A stretch of DNA of 64,000 nt from assembly GCF_006345805.1 (NCBI RefSeq), contig NC_042999.1, positions 99,696,001 to 99,760,000 on the forward strand, in the 5' to 3' direction. The notes under the pieces were generated by a model that was not told the origin of the DNA, did no database searches, and was given only the letters and a program-made list of their open reading frames with translations. This document shows, in pieces, positions 53,208-64,000 of this stretch. This DNA is from Octopus sinensis. Taxonomy: Eukaryota. Position 1 is the stretch's first letter; every line of letters starts with the position of its first letter. A program made the position numbers and the translations under genes.

Positions 53208-53862
53208 GTTTATCGTTTTAATTATGTTCAAACATATGCATATACATACATACACATATATATATAAACATATGGGGGGGCGTACGCGTGTATATATATA
53301 TATGTGTGTATGTGTATGCGTGGAACATACAGAAATTACGCAACAAATGCGTAAAGAATGTATAAAATGAACATTTTCTATTATTTTAAGGAGTGGCTGG
53401 TAATCGGTAAAACTTCGTACTAAATAGATAAATTTTAAATGTTGTTATAGATATTTGAAAACAAAAAAAGCGGACGTTTGTGAAAATTAAAGGGTATGTT
53501 GAATGCATAAATGCATTATTAGTAAAATGTATAAATGAATCAATATATAGAATAACATTTCTGCTTATACCTACACGCGTAAAGTCAATCTCACAAAATA
53601 TTTATAAAATACATGAATAGAAGTAAAAACATAAAATAAAATTAAATTATGGAAAAGTACTCAATGAAATCTAAAGAATACACATCCATATACATCTACA
53701 CACGCACACGCACACACACACACACATGCACATCACATCATATATTTATATGTACATGTACACACATACACGCTAGCTCACACATACACACATACACACA
53801 CACATATATATATATAAAGAGAGACAGACAGACAGACAGACAGATAGCAGACAGACAAACGT

Positions 53863-53952
<90 letters not shown>

Positions 53953-54730
53953 TGATTGATAGATGTTATAGGAATAAATGTTATAGGAATGGGGTTATAG
54001 CAATAATTATTATGCTATTGTAGTCCCATCCCAATTAAATAGTGAAGCGTATGCGATTATGCGTATGCACAAGATTGTGAACGTAATGATTATAAGCATG
54101 CGGCACATACATATTTGAGTAGGACATTTAGGATTGTACAGTGTAATATAGTATATGGGTGCTGAATTTTGAGGCTGCAGGATGTCTCTTACAAATAGTA
54201 AACCATGGTATGCAGAATATAAGATACAAGCTTCGGGTGTTGTATGGGGATTCCAGCATGTAGGCTTGTAGCGGGGTTTGGTGTTAACTGGATTTTAGTG
54301 TACGTGAATATGTAGATAATAAGCCTTAACTGACAAATTTTTAAATATGCACTGGCATTTTCAATGGCAAATTAAAATGCCTGTACATATTTTATGTTTG
54401 GGGTCAGTCGAGGATGGAAAATAATGTCCAACTTCTCCACGGTACATAGGTTGCAGTGCCTATTTTGTAAGTAAGTTATTGTGAGATCTATTCAATTGAT
54501 CTCAGTGCCACAGTTCGGTTCTCAATACGAAACCATATGTAGTTGTACATATTTGTTTTTATATTGTACTATTATCTAAAAGGTTATAGGTATTCAGTAT
54601 AAGAACAAATTCAAATGATGGGAAGTTTAATTAATTTTACAGGAAGGTCTGAAACAAGAATCTATGATTGTTGGTCTCTTATTCAGAGACACACATAGCC
54701 ATATGTATGTCTATCTATCAATCTATTTAC

Positions 54731-54891
<161 letters not shown>

Positions 54892-54932
54892 AATTTTGTT
54901 AACATCTTCGTTCGACTCCATTCATTTATTTA

Positions 54933-54989
<57 letters not shown>

Positions 54990-55039
54990 ATACATGTAAA
55001 TATATATATATTATATACATATATGTAAATATATATATA

Positions 55040-55379
55040 TATTATATACATATACATATATGTGTTTATATAAGTATGCACATATATATATATATACATA
55101 TACAAACATAAGCTTTTGTATATGCATATAGGCAAACTAGACCGATTCTCATGAGCAGAAGTATATTAAATATATAAGACAATATTAAGAACCGTTCACT
55201 CAGACGTAAGTTAGAGGAAAAGTTAAGATATGAGTGGGTTCATACTTTGATCTGCATCAAAACAATTACGTACATACGTGTATACGTATATGTATGCAAC
55301 AATATATGTATGATGTGTGTACGTATGTATAAGCATATGTATAAGTATACGTTATGTACATACATACATACATACATAT

Positions 55380-55429
<50 letters not shown>

Positions 55430-56109
55430 CATACACACGTGTGTGTTTTAGTGACTGTTTGTGGTTGTGAATGCACATGCTTGGGGAACATCCGATACTT
55501 AGTTTCAATTCCCGATGGAATCGAATTCAATACCGTTTTCCCAACAATAACCCGGTAACGGGCGGGATTGGATCTCACAAAATTCCTTTCTCTTATTACT
55601 ATGTAATATTTGATTAACTACTTGAAATGTAATGGGCAATATACCGAAAACAAAAATGCTTTATGCTGGCAGGTAATCTATTAGCATATTGCAAACTTGT
55701 ATAAACTTTCTACGTAGAAAACATCATCTACATAGAAATAAACACGAAAATACATTTATAATGTACACATACACACGCACACACTGACACACATTCACTC
55801 ACTAACACACACAAAATACAAATGCATATGTGTATGTATGTAATGATAAGTATATTTATAAATCCAATATGTCTGTATAATATATTTATATATATATACA
55901 TACATACATACATACATACACACACACATAATATATATACATGTGTGTGTATGTGTATGTATGTATGTATGCAAACATACATGCCTATAAATATAGATTC
56001 GAAAATATTTAGATATACTGTGATTAAAAATGCACAAGCATGTATAATTGTGTGTATATATATATATATGTATACACATAAATATTGGTACATACATATG
56101 TATGTATGC

Positions 56110-56157
<48 letters not shown>

Positions 56158-56230
56158 TATATATATTTAATATATATATATATACATATTGTTATATATA
56201 TATGTATATATATATATTATATATATATAT

Positions 56231-56272
<42 letters not shown>

Positions 56273-56759
56273 TATTGTATATTATAAATATGTACGTGCA
56301 TAGATGGGAGATAAAAAGATAGATAGATATTAACCTTGCATTGATATCTTTCGAAATAATAATGTATATAGCTATATACATATATGCATATCTATGTTAT
56401 ATATATATATATATTATATATATATATATAATATATATATATACATATACATATATGTGTTATATAAGTATGCACATATATATATATACATATACAAACA
56501 TAAGCTTTTGTATATGCATATAGGCAAACTAGACGATTCTCATGAGCAGAAGTATATTAAATATATAAGACAATATTAAGAACCGTTCACTCAGACGTAA
56601 GTATAGAGGAAAAGTTTAAGATATGAGTGGGTTCATACCTTTGATCTGCATCAAAACAATTACGTACATACGTGTATACGTATATGTATGCATACATATA
56701 TATGTATGTATGTGTGTACGTATGTATAAGCATATGTATAAGTATACGTATGTACATAC

Positions 56760-56817
<58 letters not shown>

Positions 56818-57505
56818 ACATACATACATACACACGTGTGTGTTTTAGTGACTGTTTGTGGTTGTGAATGCACATGCTTGGGGAACATCCGATACTTAGT
56901 TTCAATTCCCGATGGAATCGAATTCAATACCGTTTTCCCAACAATAACCCGGTAACGGGCGGGATTGGATCTCACAAAATTCCTTTCTCTATTACTATGT
57001 AATATTGATTAACTACTTGAAATGTAATGGGCAATATACCGAAAACAAAATGCTTTATGCTGGCAGGTAATCTATTAGCATATTGCAAACTTGTATAAAC
57101 TTTTACGTAGAAAACATCATCTACATAGAAATAAACACGAAAATACATTTATAATGTACACATACACACGCACACACTGACACACATTCACTCACTAACA
57201 CACACATAAATACAAATGCATATGTGTATGTATGTAATGATAAGTATATTTATAAATACAAATATGTCTGTATAAATATATTTATATATATATACATACA
57301 TACATACATACATACACACACACATATATATATAACATGTGTGTGTATGTGTATGTATGTATGTATGCAAACATACATGCCTATAAATATAGATTCGAAA
57401 TATTTAGATATACTGTGATTAAAAATGCACAAGCATGTATAATTGTGTTGTATATAATATATATGTTATACACATAAATATTGGTACATACATATGTATG
57501 TATGC

Positions 57506-57545
<40 letters not shown>

Positions 57546-57586
57546 TATATATATATATATTATATATATATATATATACATATATT

Positions 57587-57644
<58 letters not shown>

Positions 57645-57783
57645 AATATATATTATATATAAATTATTTATATTATAATATGTACGTGCATAGATGGGAA
57701 ATAAAAAGATGAAATAGATTATTAACCTTGCATTGATTCTTTTCGAAATAATAATGTATATAGCTATATCATATATGCATATC

Positions 57784-57790
<7 letters not shown>
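55040..57790. repeat. Tandem duplication of a ~1.39-kb unit
   Basis: TACAAACATAAGCTTTTG at 55101 and 56493 (offset 1392); the copies differ by scattered 1-2 nt indels. Confidence 0.9.
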
Positions 57791-57833
<43 letters not shown>

Positions 57834-58372
57834 CACCTTCTATATATATATGTGTCAATGAATGTGTATGTATCTGTATATATATTTGTATAAATATATG
57901 TATATACATATATATATATATATTCATTATATATTATATATATTCATGTATGTATCATACATTTGTCTGTGTGTGTGTGTGTAAATGAATGTGTGCATAT
58001 ATGTGTTTGTGTTTTAAATTCATACGGACCATGAAAAACTGCAATGCATATTTACATTAGAGAATGTGTCATATGAATCTTGAAAGTAACTTTGAAGCAA
58101 CTGTCAACATTTTAGTAAATATATGCACATATATACATATGTGTGTATGTTTATATATATATACTTACGCACACACACAAGTATATGTATATATATATAT
58201 ATGATATATGTAAGTATATATATATATCTATATACACATATTTATACATATAGATATTCGTATATATGCCTATGTGTATCTTTTTATACATTTATATAAG
58301 CACATTCACCCGTCCATATGTATGTATGTGTATGTAGAAATAGTTAAATAGATTGATAAAGACAGAAATGGA

Positions 58373-58405
<33 letters not shown>

Positions 58406-59632
58406 TTAGAGATGTAAAAGAATGAGGATATTTATGTGTAAACTTCTATGCATCTTTCTCTCTCTCTCTCCCTCTCTCTTGTGTCTTTTGTGAGTGAGTA
58501 ATCCTTAATTTAAGGCAGCCCATTTCGTACATCTTTAGAAACATCTATCATCTGCTTATCTTTGAGCGAGTGAAAGCTATGTATCCTTCAGTGCCAAAGA
58601 ACTTCACTAAAATCCAGTCAAGTAAATCCCTCATTTTGGGATTAGCGGGAAATATATAGCTTCGGTGTACCCACTTAATATATACATTTACTTTTCACAA
58701 CAACGCTTCATTTTAATGTGCGTGCGTGTTACTCTATATATACATATAATATATAAATATTTTTATACATTATATATGTGCATATGTAAGTATACAATTA
58801 TGTGTATAAATACATACATACATACATGTTTATATACACATATATGTATGCTGTATATATATGAATGTCATGTATGTGTAATCTAGTGCATTCACATAAA
58901 TTGAATTCCTTTGGAAGAAATGCCAACCAATTTTCTCTAAGTTGTTTCGGGAGCTTTTGCTCACTACTGCTATTTCTAAAATGATTTGACCATGCAACTC
59001 TACCTTACTGCTGTAGGTCCAAAGGTTTATACTGTACAATGGTGGATAAATACGTTATCAACGACTAGTTCATTTAAATGCATGAATTTGCTTCCTTTAT
59101 CACACTGATCGTTAGATTTTTAGTGGACAAAGCGTGTGAAAATATGTACTTATTGTTTATCTTTCTAAAGAGTACAAGAGCTTATTTTATTGTTTAGTTA
59201 CATTCTCTAGTGTATTGTCATACTCTTAAAAGTTATACAACAAAGCTAGTAAACTGCAATGACCAGCAACGTATACGAAACACTGACTGTGGCATCTCTT
59301 TCCTTAGCACTTTCATCTTTACATCACATACCTATTATGACAGTGATGGATCGTTAGTCATACTCAAATGTTGAGATTCCCTTTCGTTATTGAAGAATTG
59401 CTGACTACTTCTCACAAACATCTGTACAGGCACACACACTTGCTCATTCATGCAGAAATATATATACATACCTACATTTACAAACACACACACATATATA
59501 TATACACACACATTCACAAATATATTTCTGCTCATATATATATATATATTATATTATATATATATATATACGTACATACGTATATATATATATATATATT
59601 AATATATATATATATACATACATACATATATA

Positions 59633-59743
59633 TTGGCCCGCTCGCTTAGCCAGCGGGGGTGGCGTCATTCGAAGGCTAAAACATGCGAACGCATTGTGAC
59701 CAGCGATGTGTAACTACATCTGATGGATTGGTCGGTCACGTGA
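59633..59743 (+). mobile_element. 3' fragment of tRNA-derived SINE
   Basis: Matches 11265-11374 (GCTCGCTTAGCCAGCGGGG...GGTCGGTCACGTGA). Confidence 0.85.
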
Positions 59744-59794
59744 CATATATATATATGTATACATACATACACACACATATATATATATACATAC

Positions 59795-59825
<31 letters not shown>

Positions 59826-59987
59826 CACTCATATATATATACATATATATACATACATATATATATAATATATATATATATATATTATATATATATATAT
59901 ACATATATATATACACACGCACATATATATATATACAAAATAAATATACATTCATATATATATATACATATATACTTACATACCTAG

Positions 59988-60052
<65 letters not shown>

Positions 60053-62129
60053 TGTGTGTGTCTGTGTGTGTGTGTGTGTGAACAAATATAAAATTCCATA
60101 AATTCGTACATATATAAACTTAGGCAATACTAGATGTGTTTGGGCTAGTATTAATCTCGGTTATGTCTAACTAAGTTGTATCACCTGTAGCAGCTTTTAA
60201 AGTCATATTCTGTTGCCCGGAGCCGACTCGTTATCGGGGAACTTGTTAGCAAAATCATCACCGGCAATCGGAGATTTATCTGGTCCTTCTTCAAAGAATT
60301 TGCGCATTACCCTCACAAAGTTATGGAAATGTGTTCTTCTTTGCTTTATTTCGGGACAATGGGAGAGAGACCAAAGCCATTCGACGTTGAAAATATGCCG
60401 CAAATTTGGTAATATACTATAACAGCTGTTATATGAAAGGCGCGCAGTCTGCAAGATCCTAGATCGAGTAAATATTTATCATGATGCTTACATTATTTAT
60501 ACAGAGCTGATACTGTAGTCTCCACATTCTTGTTCTCATTAATTACAAATGATGTAACGTTCATGGCAACGTTGTCCGTACGATAGCTTAGAAAGTGAAA
60601 CTAGATAGAAACTAATAGAGGGAGTGCTAGGAATACAAATAGGCCGATTTCTTTAGAATTTCTTGGCAGACTTCTACATTTGTCTCTATCTAACTTTCCA
60701 TCGTTACTGTTGCTCACATCTATAATCAGCATTACATTAATTATTTGTATTTGTATTGTTCACCAGTCTCTGCCTTTCTCATTCGCTCTATATCTTTCCA
60801 TATCTATCTCTGTCTCTCACACTTTTGTTTCCCTTTTTTCAAATGTACATGCACACGAATTCACAACCATACACATACACAATTATTACTACACGCTCAT
60901 ATGTATGCAACAAATTCACATAAATACACATCACATGTATATACATAGACACATACACACACACACATACACAAACGAACACACACAAACACTCATACGT
61001 AGAAATTTGATTAAACATGATCCACACAGGATTTAAGCATATCAAATTGGAGCACACCACAATTATCGGCTAGACATATATAAATATACATACAAACATG
61101 CACATATATATATGCATATTATATATATATATGCATGCATGTATGTATATATATACCTATATGTAGAAATATATATAGATACAGAAGAGAAAGCTTAAAA
61201 ATACCAATGAACAAAAAACTGACAAAGACCCACCAGAACAATTGACATGTAATTGTATACGCCTATATGTGACTGTTTGTGCATATGGATTCCTTGAAAT
61301 GTAAGTGTGAGTACTTGTGTGATGTTCAACATTGGATATGGACAAAACGCACAACATGAGCATACAACTGTATGGGAATTCCTTTCTTCAAAGCAAATAG
61401 CAAATGCATCTAGTTTAGCAGCAGTTCAGCTGTCATTACATAAGTCTATAGTCAAGGGTTTTCCAACTGAATATCACGTATTTCTCGTTTATTAATGAAT
61501 ACATTGTCTCATATGTCCTTACAATTTAAGTTGAGATTTGAGGAAAATTTAGTGGTGAGTGACACCTTTGCTGATCCACTTCGATGTCACTCGTCACGAA
61601 ATATTAATTTTATAATGACAAAGTCAAACTTGTAAGCAACAACAGTAGCAAAAGTAGTAATGCATGATTTCAGTACAATAACAGAGGTTTGGGAAGAGAA
61701 GGAAATCGATTAATTACTTAACGGATTCTTTCATCTGCGACCACGAAAAAGAAGCTCGTAGTGATTTGAAATCTAGCTGTAAAAAGATAACACTAAATTC
61801 CATAAAGTAATTTGTTATATATTTTAACAGTTCTGCCAGTTCAATGCCTTCAGAAATGATATTTATAAAATCTTGAATAGGAACAAAACAAGAAATAGTG
61901 GATGGAGGAACAGCCGTTATCTACCCCATTATGTTGAATAGTACTTCATTGTATTAATTCGCAGAGAGAGAGAGAGAGAGGGGGGGGCAACAAAACTAAC
62001 CTTGGTAGGATTTGAACTCAGAAGGTGGGGGAAAATGCTGCAAAGCATTACATCCAGCTCGCTGACGATTTAGCGAATCCACGACCCGAATGATAACAAC
62101 AACAACAAAAATAATAATAATGATAATGA

Positions 62130-62350
62130 TCCGTTTTACTGTGGGCACAAGCCGGCATTTTGGGATATGAGGCTAGACAAATATATTGACACCAGCGCTA
62201 AACTGTTACTTTATTGACCCTGAAGGATGAAAGGAAAAGTCAGCCTCTGGGAAATTTGAACCGAGGACGTAAGGACGGACAAAATAGTGCTAAGTATTAA
62301 GTCCGGCGTACTATGTATTCTACGAGGTCGCCGTCTTCTTAATAACAATG

Positions 62351-62402
<52 letters not shown>

Positions 62403-62608
62403 GCGAACAGGTAGCAGAATCATTAGCACGCCGGACATATGCTCAGTGGTATTTCGCCCGTCGCTACTTTCTGGATTCAAATTTCCGAGGTCGACTTAGC
62501 CTTACGTCCTTTCGGTGTCGATTAATTAAGTACCAGTGAAACACTGGGGTCGATGTAATCGACTAGTCTCCTCCCCACAAATTTCAGGCCTTGTGCCTTT
62601 ATAGAAAG
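62130..62608. mobile_element. Two Nin-core SINEs in divergent orientation separated by (ATT)n
   Basis: Minus copy ~62130-62335 (TGACCCTGAAGGATGAAAGGAAAAGTC) and plus copy ~62405-62608 (GAGGTCGACTTAGCCTT...AAGTACCAG). Confidence 0.7.
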
Positions 62609-62842
62609 GATTATTATTATTATTATTATCATCATTATTATTATTATTATTATTATTATTAATAATAATAATAATAAATGTTTTTCTACCTTTTTACCCT
62701 TGAGTAACACTTAAAATAAATTACATGTCTCATGGAACCTCTGCACAAAAAATTATATACCATATCTTTCTCATGTATTTTTCATCTTAGTTCACATGGT
62801 AAATATTACAAATATATATAATATATATAATATATATATAAT

Positions 62843-62878
<36 letters not shown>

Positions 62879-63139
62879 GTGAGAATTTAGAAAAAATAAC
62901 AAAGGACGAAGTCGGATGTGTAAAGAACAAATAGATGTATTAGTTTAACGCTCGGGAAGTGAGAAACTCTTTTATGTTTCGATCCTATGCTCTTGGACAC
63001 TCAGTGGCTGCTATATTTTTTGATGACATATTAAATAGGTTAGATAGGATGATATCTATATTACAATATTACAATTACCAATTATTTGTTGTGCATGTAT
63101 AGTAATATAACAATCATGAAATTAGCATTAGCTTATCCC

Positions 63140-63210
63140 TTTCTCGCGAAACCCCTAGGAGACTTTTCCGGAGACCTCGGGTTCTGAAGGACCTCGGTTG
63201 AGAAACGCTG
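63140..63210. mobile_element. hAT-like MITE terminal fragment
   Basis: Ends in GGTTGAGAAACGCTG (reverse complement CAGCGTTTCTCAACC), typical of hAT/Charlie-type TIRs; no convincing partner TIR was found. Confidence 0.4.
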
Positions 63211-63622
63211 CTTGCAAAAACATATATGCTTCTGTTTGGGAGCGTTAGTGAATCTCGATTCGGGTTGACGGTTCACAAGCAGTGTTCTTTTAAAATTCGG
63301 CGAAAATTACCAAATAAAGGAAAGAAAGTATAGTTTCTTTAGCCACTGGATCCTATATATAAAGGAGCCGTTGAGGTAGCGAACCACGAAAAGTGGTTGG
63401 AATTCCCTAAGCGACGAGTGGGTCTCTGCGTGCGCGCACGTTTGTACATATGTTTGTGTGCGCGTGCACGTGCGTTGTGTGTGTATGTGTTTGTGTCTAT
63501 TGGTGGCAATGTCGTCGTTTATATTATGATTTTTACTCTACAAGTTCTTGGTCGTTTTACAGAAGACTTACGAGTGTAACAAGTAACATACTTGACTATA
63601 AGCATTGTAACACACTTTAATC

Positions 63623-63636
63623 CAGTAGTAGTAGTC

Positions 63637-63667
<31 letters not shown>

Positions 63668-63813
63668 CGGCAGCGGTGGTGGTGGTGGTGATGGTAGAAG
63701 TAGTCGTAGCAGCAGCGGCAGTAGTGGTGGTGGTGGTAGCGGCGGCGGCGACAGCAGAAGTAGTGGTGGTAGTAGTAGTAGTAGTAGTATTAGTAGTAGT
63801 AGTAGTAGTAGTA
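63623..63813. repeat. Compound trinucleotide repeat (GTA/GTG/GCA/GCG)
   Basis: Direct inspection. Confidence 0.95.
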
Positions 63814-64000
63814 GAGAAGATCCAATCCAATATCTAGCTTGGATGGGTTTACAGCTGGTAAGCACATAAGATAATTATTCTGGAGTTCCCACGTTTTTCC
63901 CCATTCACCGCTACCTGTGTGAATAATGACATTAGTTCAGTGGATTGAAAAATTTAGAAATAACGTGGAACAAAATTGGCATTTGATGTTTTTGATTGCG

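Noticed and set aside
54643-54698. Possible phase-compatible terminal exon after TTTTACAG ([18 protein letters not shown])
   Set aside because: Such acceptors arise often by chance in AT-rich introns; there is no independent support.

Overview
AT-rich eukaryotic genomic DNA saturated with (TA)n, (CA)n, (TACA)n, (TAGA)n and (AAT)n microsatellites and tRNA-derived SINEs. The repeat landscape resembles a coleoid cephalopod (Octopus-like) genome; this is inference, not verified. Only one convincing host coding segment is visible: a ~2-kb exon (46153-48184, +) encoding a long low-complexity region, a single transmembrane helix and a phase-1 GT donor. The rest is transposon debris: a full-length decayed mariner (29400-30683), a DD37D/maT remnant, CR1-, RTE-, R4- and Penelope-like fragments, and an ORF1-only poly(A) retroelement. 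Most ORFs in the supplied track are microsatellite artefacts. The most notable unexplained signal is a set of catalytic-RNA-like folds: one near-canonical type I hammerhead ribozyme (8650-8700, -), several decayed hammerheads including a divergent pair inside a TSD-flanked inverted-repeat element with an empty-site paralogue nearby, and a candidate HDV-like fold. There are also several long inverted-repeat structures and two ~1.3-1.4 kb tandem duplications. All motif and fold assignments were made by eye.
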